This document shows positions 1 through 10,134 of a stretch of 64,000 nt of DNA, piece after piece (within the stretch, counting starts at the first letter, position 1; every line of letters begins with the position of its first letter). The position numbers and the translations under genes were made by a program. The notes beneath the pieces were generated by a model. That model was given only the letters and a program-made list of their open reading frames with translations. It was not told the origin of the DNA and ran no database searches. The stretch comes from Myxococcota bacterium (GTDB taxonomy: Bacteria > Myxococcota > JACRCW01). Location of the stretch: the NCBI GenBank assembly GCA_040752415.1, contig JBFMGU010000021.1:1-64000 (forward strand), in the 5' to 3' direction.

Positions 1-141
1 ACCGCCACCAAGGTAGAGTCCTGCCGACAATGACGTCGTGAAAGTGGTCTGCGAGGGCAGGGCTTGGTGCTTTCCAGCTGCGGCCTTGGCCGCCGGTGAC
101 ACCAACGGGTGCCTCCATGCGTTGATGCGGATCACGTGGGA

Positions 142-366
142 TTTTCCGTCGTCACCCAGCCGGGGAAGGGGGGGCAATCGATGGGCGCAGTTGCCCTCTT
201 TCCGACGAGAAAAAGTCCCAATGCCAATGCGTGCCCCCCTTCCCCGCAATGGTTGACGACGGGAAAGCGGGTGTGGGGAAGGGGGCGAGCGAGCGCAACG
301 GCATGAACGTGGGGGGTTAGGTGTTCGCCCGCCACGACGGAATGGGCAATCCGTTAATACGCAGCC
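142..366. repeat. Intergenic palindrome plus one copy of a dispersed ~47-bp repeat
   Basis: TTTTCCGTCGTCA..CGGGGAAGGGGGGGCA (142-176) pairs with TGCCCCCCTTCCCCG..TGACGACGGGAAA (232-266). 320-366 GGTGTTCGCCCGCCACGACGGAATGGGCAAT..ACGCAGCC resembles 49631-49661 and the reverse complement of 49283-49331. Confidence 0.7.
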
Positions 367-641
367 ACTGACTTCCTCCCCCAGCAGAGTGAACACAACG
401 GCGTAGGGGAAGCCGGCAAGCCTCACCCGTCGAGCTGTCAGCCCCGCCGACGTGCCCTGAACCAGGCCGAAACCCCGGGGATGCGCGAGAGTGCCTGTGT
501 ACACGTGGCGCAGATTCTCGGCGAGCTGCAACCCCAAGCCGGTGCGACGTTCCTCGTGCCAAAGCACCGCCTCTCACACCTCGGCTGCTGCCCGCGGATC
601 AATTGTGAGTCGGCCGGTCATCGCCGCTTCAGCATGCATCT

Positions 642-1607
642 TCACCGGGTGCTGCGACGCGGAGCCTGCCGCTTCCACGGCTCCCCGGTGATCCCCGCCG
701 ACGCCACCGCGGCACGGAAGTCCTCCGGCGGCTCCGCCACCAGCTCCAGCTTCTGACCGGTCACCGGGTGCGGCAGCACCAGCCGGTGCAGGTGGAGACA
801 CAGTCTGTCGGCGTGCACCCGCGTGCGCTCCGGCAGTGCATAGCGCTCATCCCCGACGACGGGATGGCCCTCCATGCGCAGGTGGCGACGGATCTGGTGC
901 GTGCGCCCGGTGACCGGCAACGCACGCAGCAGCGTGGCGCGCTCGGAATGCGCCAGCGCCTCACAGCGCGTGAGAGCCTCCTTCACCTTCTTCTTCTTCC
1001 CCGACGTGGGCGTGTAGCGCGCCACCGTGAGCGGATGGGACACCTCGAAACGCTCCGGCGTCACGCCCTGCACCAGCACCAGGTACTCCTTGTGCACCGC
1101 GCCGGACAGGTACGCCTTCCCCAGCGCGCCCTCCGCTTCCGTCGAGATGGAGAGCGCCACCACGCCGCTGGTGCCACGGTCCAACCTGCCGCCCGCCGCC
1201 GGCGCCGTCGACGGGGAGTGTCCCTTCTCGACGAGCATCTCCCGCACGCGGTCGGTGAGCGCGCTGCCCGCGGGCGCCCCCACGCCGGGGTGGGTGGGCA
1301 TGCCGGTGGGCTTGTCGACGACGCACAGGTGCTCATCCAGGTACAGCAGCGTGAACCCGTGCTCCGTGGGCTCCGCGCGCGTCACCACGCCGCCTTTGGG
1401 TCGCAACCATTTCTCGTCGAGCTTGGCGCGCACCGTGTCCCCGGCGTGCAGCTGCGTGGACAACGTGGCGGCGCGCCCGTTGACCAGGATGCGCGACTCC
1501 TTGAGCAGCCGCAGCGCCAACTGTCGTCCCACCGACGGAGCCACACTGCGCAGCGCCTGGTCCGGTCGACTTCCCGCGAGCTCCGCGTTGACGGTGAACT
1601 CGATCAC
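642..1607 (-). CDS. RluA/RluD-family RNA pseudouridine synthase with N-terminal S4-like domain
   Basis: Motifs VVDKPTGMPTHP, GRLDRGTSG (catalytic Asp), TGRTHQIRRHL, GHPVVGDERY, LCLH. GTG start at 1607 overlaps the upstream stop (GTGA). Confidence 0.93.
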   Translation of the reverse strand: MIEFTVNAELAGSRPDQALRSVAPSVGRQLALRLLKESRILVNGRAATLSTQLHAGDTVRAKLDEKWLRPKGGVVTRAEPTEHGFTLLYLDEHLCVVDKPTGMPTHPGVGAPAGSALTDRVREMLVEKGHSPSTAPAAGGRLDRGTSGVVALSISTEAEGALGKAYLSGAVHKEYLVLVQGVTPERFEVSHPLTVARYTPTSGKKKKVKEALTRCEALAHSERATLLRALPVTGRTHQIRRHLRMEGHPVVGDERYALPERTRVHADRLCLHLHRLVLPHPVTGQKLELVAEPPEDFRAAVASAGITGEPWKRQAPRRSTR

Positions 1608-1888
1608 CCGCCGCCTCGCAACGCGCGCCACACCGGGACCACCACGCCCTGGTTCAGCAGCACGCCCAACGTCACAATCGCCAGCGCGCCGGTGACGGTC
1701 CACTGCATGGCGTCCCAGAACCTGCCCTCCCACGGCCACGTTCCCGGCGCACGCGTGGCCCACAGGCCAAGGAGCCCGGCCAGCACCAGCCCGCCGCCCA
1801 CCGGCGGAAACAAGGCGGTGAGCACAATCAGCAACGTGAAAGGCCAGAGGTCCCTCCAGCGCGGCGGGGTGGGAAGCGAGGCGGCCAT
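1604..1888 (-). CDS. Small membrane protein, unknown function
   Basis: 94 aa with 2-3 hydrophobic segments; stop overlaps the start of the pseudouridine synthase gene. Confidence 0.65.
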   Translation of the reverse strand: MAASLPTPPRWRDLWPFTLLIVLTALFPPVGGGLVLAGLLGLWATRAPGTWPWEGRFWDAMQWTVTGALAIVTLGVLLNQGVVVPVWRALRGGG

Positions 1889-1930
1889 GACGGGATGGGA
1901 TGTAGCAGAGCGGATGGGCCGCGTGCAGCT

Positions 1931-2644
1931 TCAGCGGTGCAACAGACGACGCAGCCGGTTCTCCGCGTCCTTCCGCAACAGCGGCCCGTGCCCCGCCGCC
2001 ACCGCGGACACCGGCGGCAGCTCACGCAAAAAGCCGCGCACCGCGTCGCGACAACCGTCGACGTGCAGGCTGAAACCCGGCACCGCCAGGCGGAGGTACT
2101 CGATGGCGCGCAGCGGCGGGGGGCCGGTGAGGATGGCGTCGCCGGAGAACAGCGTGCGCGTGGGCTCATGGTAGAGCATCACCGAGCCCTCCGTGTGACC
2201 CGGCACCGGGACGACGCGGAAGCCCCACTTCCACGCGCCCTCGTCGTACAGCTCATCCACCGGCGTGCGCGCGGGGAACCGGTCCTCGATGTGACAGAGC
2301 ACCTCCTCGTAGAGCGCGGCCACCCCCCGCGCCAGCGGCGGTGCGGGTTTGTTGCCGGTGAGGATGTCCGCGTCGCGTTCATGGCAGATGACCGGGCAGC
2401 CGTAGGTCCGCCGCAGCCACGCCGCGTTCCCCGCGTGGTCGGAGTGACGGTGCGTCAGCAGGACCGCGGTGAGGTCGCCGCGCCCGCGCACGCCCGCGCG
2501 CCACAGGCTGGCCCGCAACGTCATGCGCTCCAACGGGTGCCCGGTGTCGACGACAAAACGGCGCCCGGAAGGATCCTCCATGAGCCAGATGTTGGAGATC
2601 ACCACGCTGCCCGCCAGCCGCAACCCGTCCGCCACGCGTCTCAT
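1931..2644 (-). CDS. Metallo-beta-lactamase-fold hydrolase
   Basis: VVDTG, THRHSDHAG (HxHxDH), PGHTEG, LFSGDA, GHG motifs. Confidence 0.92.
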   Translation of the reverse strand: MRRVADGLRLAGSVVISNIWLMEDPSGRRFVVDTGHPLERMTLRASLWRAGVRGRGDLTAVLLTHRHSDHAGNAAWLRRTYGCPVICHERDADILTGNKPAPPLARGVAALYEEVLCHIEDRFPARTPVDELYDEGAWKWGFRVVPVPGHTEGSVMLYHEPTRTLFSGDAILTGPPPLRAIEYLRLAVPGFSLHVDGCRDAVRGFLRELPPVSAVAAGHGPLLRKDAENRLRRLLHR

Positions 2645-2654
2645 GCGCCACTCC

Positions 2655-3170
2655 TCACAGCTGCCGCACTCCTGGCTCCGGCTCCCGTCGCGGCGCCTTC
2701 TCCTCGTCGGGCGCGCCGCGCTCCTGCGGCAGGGTGTAGCCGCGCGGGTCCCCGCCCATCAGCCGCGCCAGGCACCCGCGCTCCACCTCCAGCTCATAGG
2801 CGTGCTCCACGTGACCCGGCCCGCTCCGACGAGGGAACAGCACGGTGGCGCGGAAGTACGGCTCCTCCCCGCGCCACACCGGCTCCAGCTTCAAGAGCTC
2901 ATACTTCTCCACGCGGAACGGGGACTCCGCCGCCTGGCTGCGCTGGATGAACTCCGCCGCCGAGAGCTGGCTCTGCGTGTCCTGCTCACAGAGCATGCGC
3001 AGCACGGCGGGGACGTCGGCGGCAACGTAGGCGGACAGGAACGCATCCATCCGCGCCGCCGCCTCCTTCTCGCTGGGCAGCGCCAACACCTGCGCCCCGG
3101 GCCTGGCCTCCGGCTCCTTGCGACAACCCGTCGTCACGCACAGCAGGATGGCCACGGCCAAGCGCGTCAT
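2655..3170 (-). CDS. Hypothetical lipoprotein
   Basis: MTRLAVAILLCVTTGC signal peptide/lipobox-like start; lies 10 bp upstream of the MBL gene in the same direction. Confidence 0.7.
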   Translation of the reverse strand: MTRLAVAILLCVTTGCRKEPEARPGAQVLALPSEKEAAARMDAFLSAYVAADVPAVLRMLCEQDTQSQLSAAEFIQRSQAAESPFRVEKYELLKLEPVWRGEEPYFRATVLFPRRSGPGHVEHAYELEVERGCLARLMGGDPRGYTLPQERGAPDEEKAPRREPEPGVRQL

Positions 3171-3397
3171 GCCGGCACCATACCGCCCCGCCCCCGCCCG
3201 CCCCATCCACCCGGGGTGATCCCGGTTTGTTGCCAACTTGGCACGCCACTCCACCCCCGTTCCGCCCCCCTGGACATCCTGGCGTTCCCGGCCCCGGCTG
3301 CACCCTTCGCGCGGGGCGTTAAAGGGGCGGATTTGCACGGGTTTCACATGCCCCGGACCTGGGCCCCGTCCTTGCAACACCCGCCGCCGAGACCGCC

Positions 3398-4411
3398 ATG
3401 GAAGCGTTGTTCAAGAAGCAGTTCTGGGTTGTGAACCTCCTGTTCCTGGCCGCCAACGCCTTCCTGTTGGCGCGCGCCAGCAACCAGTTCCTGGCGTACT
3501 TCGTGACCAAGCAGCTCACGCAGACGTCGTCGGGGGACGTGGCGCGCCCCGCCGCGCTGGCGCCCAGGGGGAAGCACAAGACCCTGCGGGACCTGGACGA
3601 GAAGAACAACATCTTCGGCGCGCAGACGGAGCAGGTGGTGGAGGGGCCCGCGGTGGCGGTGAAGGAGGAGCCCAAGGCCACGCCGCTCTCCGACGCCGAC
3701 CCCGTCCCCACTACGCTGCGCATCAAGCTCTCCGGCGTGACCTGGTACGAGAACGCGGAGTGGTCGCTGGCCACCATCACCGACCTGGCCACGCAGGACA
3801 CCTCGCTCTACTCGGTGAATCCGTGTCCGGCCGCGGTGGAGGGCGTGGATGTGCGTCGTCGCCACCCGTGCAACCAGCTGCTGGCCGACGCCACGATCAC
3901 CGAGATCGAGCCGCAGCGCGTGGTGTTCATCAACAAGACCGCCAACCGCAAGGAGTTCATTGACCTCAACGACGAGGCCAACAAGCCCCTGCCCGGTCCC
4001 ACCAACCCGCCGCCGGTGGTGGTGAACGAGGGCGCGCCGCCGCCGGCGGAGGGCGCGGACAACCTGGGCAAGGGCATCGTGAAGGTGGCGGAGGGTCAGT
4101 ACAAGATTCCGCAGGCCGACGTGGACGAGGTGCTGGCCAACCTCAACAGCGTGGCCACGCAGGCGCGCATCGTCCCCAGCTTCGAGGGTGGGAAGGCCAA
4201 CGGCTTCAAGCTGTTCTCCATCCGTCCCAACAGCGTCTACAGCAAGATCGGCATCCAGAACGGCGACGTCATCAACCGCATCAACGGCTACGAGATCAGC
4301 AGCCCGGACAAGGCGCTGGAGGTCTACAACAAGCTCAAGGACAGCAAGGAGATCACCGTCGACGTCACCCGCCGCGGTCAGAAGCAGACCATGAGCTACA
4401 GCATCCAGTGA
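3398..4411 (+). CDS. gspC: Type II secretion protein GspC (TM + HR + C-terminal PDZ)
   Basis: N-terminal TM; PDZ-like GFKLFSIRPNSVYSKIGIQNGDVINRINGYEISSPDKALEVY; first gene of the gsp cluster. Confidence 0.9.
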   Translation: MEALFKKQFWVVNLLFLAANAFLLARASNQFLAYFVTKQLTQTSSGDVARPAALAPRGKHKTLRDLDEKNNIFGAQTEQVVEGPAVAVKEEPKATPLSDADPVPTTLRIKLSGVTWYENAEWSLATITDLATQDTSLYSVNPCPAAVEGVDVRRRHPCNQLLADATITEIEPQRVVFINKTANRKEFIDLNDEANKPLPGPTNPPPVVVNEGAPPPAEGADNLGKGIVKVAEGQYKIPQADVDEVLANLNSVATQARIVPSFEGGKANGFKLFSIRPNSVYSKIGIQNGDVINRINGYEISSPDKALEVYNKLKDSKEITVDVTRRGQKQTMSYSIQ

Positions 4412-4425
4412 GGAGCGCGTCCGTC

Positions 4426-5385
4426 ATGCCCGCCCAGAGCAGCACCAAGCCCCTCAACGTCCTTGCCACCCTGGCTTTTGCCGGGTTGTGCACGGCGCTG
4501 CTGGCGCGTGGCGTGCTGATCATCCTCATGGCGCCGGCGCTGGCCCAGGGCGTCAGCAGCTCGTCGTCGACGACGGCCCCCACGACCCGACGTGACGCCG
4601 ACCGGCCCAAGAGAATCGTGGCGTTCCCGGCGCTGGCCAAGGAGATGCCGGAGGAGCCGGTGGCCACCGAGACGACGACGATCGTGGAGCCGGAAGGCAG
4701 CGGGCCGCTGGTGCCGCTGAAGGCGGAAGTGGTGGGCATCACCTGGTACGACGAGCCGACGTGGTCGCTGGCGAACCTGGTGGTGCAGGGCGACCGCACC
4801 GTGCACTCCGTCAACGCGTGCGACGACTCCCGCCGCGCCTGCAACGAGGTGGCGCCGGGCTACAAGCTGGTGGAGATCCAGTTTGACCGCGTCTTCCTGC
4901 TGCACGAGGCGAGCATGAAGCGCCAGGAGATCGAGCTCAATCCCAAGGGGCCCGTTCAAGAGGTGGCCAGCGCAGCCCCGCCGGAGCCCGCGCCCGCGTC
5001 GACGGACAACAAGGGCAAGGGCAGCGCCATCAGCAAGATGATGGACGGCGTCAAGCAGGTGGGTCCCAATCACTGGGAATCCCCGCCGGGAATGCGCGAG
5101 GACGTTCTGGGTCGCCTCAGCGAGGTGGCCATGGAAGGGCGCTGGATGCCCTACTTCGAGGGGGGAAAGATCACCGGGTTCAAGCTGGCCCAGACCGCGC
5201 CCAACAGCGCGTTCGAGAAGATTGGTTTGAAGAGTGGAGACGTCATCAAGTCCGTCAACGGCTATGACATCTCCAGTCCCGACAAGATGCTGGATGTCTT
5301 CACCAAGCTCCGCGACGCACGCGACGTCAACGTGGACATCCAGCGCGGCAACGGCAAGAGCACGCTGAAATACACCATCAACTAG
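4426..5385 (+). CDS. Second GspC-like protein (paralog)
   Basis: Same architecture as gspC: GITWYDEPTWSLA vs GVTWYENAEWSLA; GFKLAQTAPNSAFEKIGLKSGDVIKSVNGYDISSPDKMLDVF. AGGAG RBS precedes ATG 4426. Confidence 0.85.
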   Translation: MPAQSSTKPLNVLATLAFAGLCTALLARGVLIILMAPALAQGVSSSSSTTAPTTRRDADRPKRIVAFPALAKEMPEEPVATETTTIVEPEGSGPLVPLKAEVVGITWYDEPTWSLANLVVQGDRTVHSVNACDDSRRACNEVAPGYKLVEIQFDRVFLLHEASMKRQEIELNPKGPVQEVASAAPPEPAPASTDNKGKGSAISKMMDGVKQVGPNHWESPPGMREDVLGRLSEVAMEGRWMPYFEGGKITGFKLAQTAPNSAFEKIGLKSGDVIKSVNGYDISSPDKMLDVFTKLRDARDVNVDIQRGNGKSTLKYTIN

Positions 5386-5436
5386 GCACCCCACGCGGGA
5401 GCGCCCCTCCCGCCCTGACGGCCCACCCACACGGCA

Positions 5437-8274
5437 ATGACCCCCACCATGCGTCTGCGCTCCCTGCTCATCCCCCTCTTGCTGTCCGTCGCTGCGCCTG
5501 CCGTCGCGCAAGAGAAGCCCGAAAAGCCGGAGAAGACTCCCCGCGGCCCGTCCACGCTGCAGCCCGGCGTGCGCGACCGCGTCCCCTTGCAGATCCGTGA
5601 GCGCGACCCGCGCGCCACCGGCAAGCCCGGCGCCCCCACGGTGCCGTTCAAGGGCGGTCCCGGCGGCGCGGCCATGCCGCCCACCGCGGCCCCCGGCGCA
5701 GGCCCCCGTCAGCCCGGCGCGCCCACTCACGCCCCCGGCGGTGCCGCGCCCACGCCGGCCACGCCCCCCGCCGCGCCCTCGCAGCCCACCCCGCCGCTCC
5801 CCGGCGCCACCAGCATCATGGGCAGCGGCAAGACGCGCGTGGACGTGACGCCGGTGACGGAGACCAATGGCAAGACCGCCGCGGATGTCGACGAGAACAA
5901 GCGGCGCACGGCGGGCAAGGCGCTCTTCAACTTCGAGAACGCGCAGCTCATTGACGTGGTCAAGCAGATCAGCAAGCTGACCGGCAAGAACTTCATCCTG
6001 CGCGAGAACCTCAAGGGCCAGAAGCTGACCATCCTTTGCGAGGAGCCGGTCAGCAGCAAGGACGCCTACCGCGCGTTCCTGGTGGCGCTGGAGATCAACA
6101 ACCTGGCCGTGGTGCAGGCCGGGAAGTTCCTCAAGATCGAGGAGCGCAAGAACTCCATCAAGCAGCCCATCCCCACCTACTTCCAGAACGACGCGGAGCT
6201 GCCCGGCGACGAGCAGATGGTCACCTACATCCACCAGCTCAAGTACGTGGAGATCGACCAGGCGCAGAAGCTCGTCGACAGCATGCTGAACAAGGCGGTG
6301 GGCGACCTGCAGGTCTACCAGCCCAACCTGCTCATCATGAGCGACAGCGCGGTGAACATCTCCCGCATCCGCAAGCTGCTCGAGAAGATTGACGTGGCGG
6401 GCTACCAGACGCGCATCCACATCCTGGACATCAAGTACGCGCCCGCCAGCGACATTGCCAACAAGCTCACCGCGCTGTTTGACCCGAACAAGACCGCGCA
6501 GAAGAAGGCGCCGGTCCGCCCCGCCCCGGGCGCCGGTGCCACGCCCGCTGCGGCTGCTCCTGCTCCCGCGGGCGGCAAGGAGGGCGCCCCGGAGACGGTG
6601 GGGGAGAGCGGGCTGGATGACTACTTCATCACCAAGATCATCGCCGACGAGCGCACCAACAAGCTGATCATCGTGGGCACCGAGGACAGCTTCAACCGCG
6701 TCAAGGCGCTGGTGGAGCTGCTGGATGTGCCGGAAGGTCCCTCCAACGCGCCGCAGGTGCACGTGCACCCGCTGGAGAACGCCGACAGCGAGAAGCTGAC
6801 GCAGGCGCTGCAGAACCTGGCGCAGGCCGGCAAGAAGCCCGCGGACAAGGGCAAGAAGGGCGCGGCCACCGACGCCAGCATGTTCGAGGGTGAGATCAAG
6901 ATCAGCGCGGACCCCGCCACCAACAGCCTCATCATCATTGCCAGCCAGCGCGACTACCAGAGCCTGGCCAAGGTGGTGCGGCGGCTGGATGTGCGGCGGC
7001 CGCAGGTGTTCGTGGAGGCGGTGATCATGGAGGTGACGTTGGACCGCGTCACCGACCTGGGCCTGGACTGGTTCACCGCCTACCAGGCTCCCGTCCCCGG
7101 CCTGGGCACGGGCACCGGCATCATTGCCAACCCCGGCGGCCAGAGCCGTCTCACCAGCGGCCTGCGCGCCGCCACCGTGGATCCCACCGGGTTGTCCTCG
7201 TTCCTGGGCTTCCTGGCGTTCCGCGGCCCCGGCGTGCCGGTGCGCGTGGGCAACCAGACCGTGGACCTGCCCAGCTTTGGCGCGGTGCTGAACGCGCTGG
7301 AGCAGGACGGCAACGTGGACGTGCTCTCCACGCCGCACATCCTCACCACGGACAACGTCAAGGCGGAGATTCTGGTGGGGCAGACGGTGCCGTTTGCCAG
7401 CGGCTTCACCAGCAACCTGGGCGGCGGCGCCATCAGCAGCTTTGTGCCGATTGTGTCCGTGCAGCGGCAGGATGTTGCGCTCAAGTTTGTCATCACCCCG
7501 CACGTCAATACATCCAACTTCGTCCGTCTGGAGCTTGACCAGGAGGTGAGCGACCTGGGTGCCACGGTGGAAGTCTCACCCGGGCAGAAGCAGCCCACGA
7601 CGACGAAGCGGACCGCGAAGACCACGGTGGTGGTGAAGGACGAGCAGACGGTGATCATCGGCGGTCTCATCAGCGACAAGCGCACGCACTCCGAGTCCAA
7701 GATCCCGGTGCTGGGCGACGTGCCGTGGCTGGGCTTCCTGTTCCGCACGCCGCACACGGAGCTGCGCAAGACCAACCTGATGATCATCCTGACGCCGCAC
7801 ATCATCCGCTCCGACGAGGATTTCCGTCGCATCTACGAGCGCAAGCTGCAGGAGCGGCAGGAGTTCGTGGAGGCGTTCTACGGCGTGAACGCGCCGTACC
7901 TGGGCCCGGTGGACTTCGAGCGCAAGGTGGGCGCGTACGGCTCACTGCACACGCGCATCCGCGACGAGATGATGAAGGTGGAGAACGGCGGACCGGGCTT
8001 GCCGGGTGAGTCGGTGATCACGCCGGAGAGCGCCACGATTTCCACCAGCAAGCCCAGTGACGAGCTCCCCGAGGGCGACGAGGGTGGCGAGGTGAAGGGT
8101 GCCGCCGGCGCCAAGCCCGAGGGTGCCGAGGGTGCCGCGCCGCAAGGTCAGCCGCCGCCCGCGGGCCAGCCGCCGGAGGCCGGCGCTCCGCCTCCCGCGC
8201 CTCCGCCCGCCGACGCGCCCGCCACGGTGACGCCGCCACCCGCGCCCGAGCCGCCCCCGCCTGAGCTGCAGTGA
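5437..8274 (+). CDS. gspD: Type II secretion secretin GspD
   Basis: FNFENAQL N0 domain, repeated N domains (ADERTNKLII, ADPATNSLII), LDVRRPQVFVEAVIME, secretin C-terminus KIPVLGDVPWLGFLFR. Confidence 0.96.
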   Translation: MTPTMRLRSLLIPLLLSVAAPAVAQEKPEKPEKTPRGPSTLQPGVRDRVPLQIRERDPRATGKPGAPTVPFKGGPGGAAMPPTAAPGAGPRQPGAPTHAPGGAAPTPATPPAAPSQPTPPLPGATSIMGSGKTRVDVTPVTETNGKTAADVDENKRRTAGKALFNFENAQLIDVVKQISKLTGKNFILRENLKGQKLTILCEEPVSSKDAYRAFLVALEINNLAVVQAGKFLKIEERKNSIKQPIPTYFQNDAELPGDEQMVTYIHQLKYVEIDQAQKLVDSMLNKAVGDLQVYQPNLLIMSDSAVNISRIRKLLEKIDVAGYQTRIHILDIKYAPASDIANKLTALFDPNKTAQKKAPVRPAPGAGATPAAAAPAPAGGKEGAPETVGESGLDDYFITKIIADERTNKLIIVGTEDSFNRVKALVELLDVPEGPSNAPQVHVHPLENADSEKLTQALQNLAQAGKKPADKGKKGAATDASMFEGEIKISADPATNSLIIIASQRDYQSLAKVVRRLDVRRPQVFVEAVIMEVTLDRVTDLGLDWFTAYQAPVPGLGTGTGIIANPGGQSRLTSGLRAATVDPTGLSSFLGFLAFRGPGVPVRVGNQTVDLPSFGAVLNALEQDGNVDVLSTPHILTTDNVKAEILVGQTVPFASGFTSNLGGGAISSFVPIVSVQRQDVALKFVITPHVNTSNFVRLELDQEVSDLGATVEVSPGQKQPTTTKRTAKTTVVVKDEQTVIIGGLISDKRTHSESKIPVLGDVPWLGFLFRTPHTELRKTNLMIILTPHIIRSDEDFRRIYERKLQERQEFVEAFYGVNAPYLGPVDFERKVGAYGSLHTRIRDEMMKVENGGPGLPGESVITPESATISTSKPSDELPEGDEGGEVKGAAGAKPEGAEGAAPQGQPPPAGQPPEAGAPPPAPPPADAPATVTPPPAPEPPPPELQ

Positions 8275-8302
8275 GACCCACCTGAAGGAAGACGGAAGCA
8301 CC

Positions 8303-10123
8303 ATGGCAAACCCGGTTGAACCCACCCTTGGCTCTCCCCTCACCAGCACGGCGCTGGACGGGCCCACGCTCGTCACGCACATGCCGAGCCGGCCGGCAGC
8401 GTCGATGGTGGGGCGGCCGCTGGGCGAGATCCTGGTGGAGCAGTTTGGCGTCTCCGTCAGCAAGCTGGGCGAGGCGCTGGACCAGCAGGTGCAGAAGAAG
8501 CTGCGCGTGGGTGAGATGCTGGTGACGTTGAAGGCCTGCACCGCGGAGCAGGTGATGCAGGCGCTGAGTCTGCAGCTGGACGTGCCGGTGCAGGAAACCA
8601 TCGACGCCACCAGCATCCCCGACAGCATCCTGCTTCCCGTCCCCATCAACTTTGCCAAGCAGGCGCGCCTCATCCCGCTCAAGCAGGGCGACGACGGTCA
8701 CGTGGTGGCGGCCATGGCCGACCCGCTGGACTACGCGGCGTTGGAGGACCTGCGCCTGCTGTTGGGCAAGGACGTGGACGTGGTCATCAGCGGCCCCGAC
8801 GCCATCCTGGCCGCCATCAACCGCGCCTACGACCGCGCCACCCACCACGCCGAGGCCGCGGTGGCCGAGCTGGAGGAGACCGACAACCTGGACGCGGTGG
8901 CGCACGAGCTGGACGGTGAGCCGCAGGACCTCATTGACATGGCCGGCGACGAGGCGCCGATCATCCGCCTGGTCAACGGTCTGCTCTCCCAAGCCATCAA
9001 GGAGCGCGCCAGCGATATCCACATCGAGCCGTTTGAGCGGGAGATGTGCGTGCGCTTCCGAATTGACGGCGACCTCTACGAGATCATCAAGCCGCCCAAG
9101 CGCTTCCAGTCCTCGATCCTGTCCCGCGTGAAGATCATGGCGGGCCTGAACATCGCCGAGAAGCGGCTGCCGCAGGACGGTCGCATCCGCATCAAGATTG
9201 CCGGCAAGGACATCGACATCCGTGTCTCCACGGTGCCCACCTCGCACGGTGAGCGCATTGTGATGCGTCTGTTGGACCGGTCCGCGGTGCTCAAGGACCT
9301 CACCGACCTGGGCTTCAGCCAGCGCGACTTCAAGGTGATGAACCAGCTCATCCGGCGGCCGCACGGCATCATCCTGGTGACGGGCCCCACCGGTAGCGGC
9401 AAGACCACGACGCTGTACGCCTGTCTCAGCAAGATCAACAGCCCGGACCTCAACATCCTCACCATCGAGGACCCGGTGGAGTACCAGCTGCAGGGCATTG
9501 GCCAGGTGCACGTCAATCCCAAGATTGAGCTGACGTTCGCCAACGGGCTGCGCTCCTTCCTCCGCCAGGATCCCGACGTCATCATGGTGGGCGAAATCCG
9601 CGACCGCGAGACGGCGGAGATTGCCATCCAGGCGTCCCTCACCGGCCACCTGGTGATGAGCACGGTGCACACCAATGACGCCGCGGGCGCGGTGACGCGT
9701 CTCGTCGACATGCAGGTGGAGCCCTTCCTGGTGGCCAGCTCCATGATCGGCATCCTGGCGCAGCGCCTGGTGCGCGTGGTGTGCCAGGAGTGTCGCGAGG
9801 CGTACCAGCCCACGCCGGAGGAGCTGGCGGAGATTGGCATTGACGCGCGCAAGCTGCCCACCATCCCGACGATCTTCCGCAAGCGCGGCTGCAACCGCTG
9901 CAGCAACACCGGCTACGTGGGCCGGCGCGGCATCTATGAGCTGATGTTGATTGACGACGACATCCGCCAGCTCATCCTCAAGAACGTGGACTCCGGCACC
10001 ATCAAGCGCAAGGCGATGGAGAAGGGCATGACCACGCTGCGCGAGGACGGAGCGCGCAAGGTGCTGGAGGGGCTCACCACCATCCAGGAAGTGGCGGTGG
10101 TGACGCAGGAAGACGCGGTGTGA
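8303..10123 (+). CDS. gspE: Type II secretion ATPase GspE
   Basis: ASDIHIEP, RLPQDGRI, Walker A GPTGSGKTTT, LRQDPDVIMVGEIRD, tetracysteine CQEC..CNRC. Confidence 0.97.
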   Translation: MANPVEPTLGSPLTSTALDGPTLVTHMPSRPAASMVGRPLGEILVEQFGVSVSKLGEALDQQVQKKLRVGEMLVTLKACTAEQVMQALSLQLDVPVQETIDATSIPDSILLPVPINFAKQARLIPLKQGDDGHVVAAMADPLDYAALEDLRLLLGKDVDVVISGPDAILAAINRAYDRATHHAEAAVAELEETDNLDAVAHELDGEPQDLIDMAGDEAPIIRLVNGLLSQAIKERASDIHIEPFEREMCVRFRIDGDLYEIIKPPKRFQSSILSRVKIMAGLNIAEKRLPQDGRIRIKIAGKDIDIRVSTVPTSHGERIVMRLLDRSAVLKDLTDLGFSQRDFKVMNQLIRRPHGIILVTGPTGSGKTTTLYACLSKINSPDLNILTIEDPVEYQLQGIGQVHVNPKIELTFANGLRSFLRQDPDVIMVGEIRDRETAEIAIQASLTGHLVMSTVHTNDAAGAVTRLVDMQVEPFLVASSMIGILAQRLVRVVCQECREAYQPTPEELAEIGIDARKLPTIPTIFRKRGCNRCSNTGYVGRRGIYELMLIDDDIRQLILKNVDSGTIKRKAMEKGMTTLREDGARKVLEGLTTIQEVAVVTQEDAV

Positions 10124-10134
10124 GTGGGTTCGAG

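Noticed and set aside
1..10. ACCGCCACCA could be a tRNA 3' end
   Set aside because: Only 10 nt are visible with no T-arm; it could equally be coding sequence of a minus-strand gene leaving the window.
1..120. Possible start of a minus-strand gene (GGAGG followed by TTG, or an ATG near 118)
   Set aside because: Fewer than 40 codons visible, two frames are open, and no motif is recognisable.
420..580. Possible 6S RNA, riboswitch or retron ncRNA (CCCTGAACC motif)
   Set aside because: Could not find the matching long stem, and no reverse transcriptase gene is in the window; an Rfam scan would be needed.
3238..3256. TTGGCACG as a sigma-54 promoter for the gsp operon
   Set aside because: No TTGC -12 element at the required spacing.
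4396..7503. 1035-aa antisense ORF and many other long shadow ORFs (e.g. 35143-37122, 51438-53831, 57786-60044)
   Set aside because: They overlap well-supported genes on the opposite strand and are expected from high-GC codon bias; no motifs.
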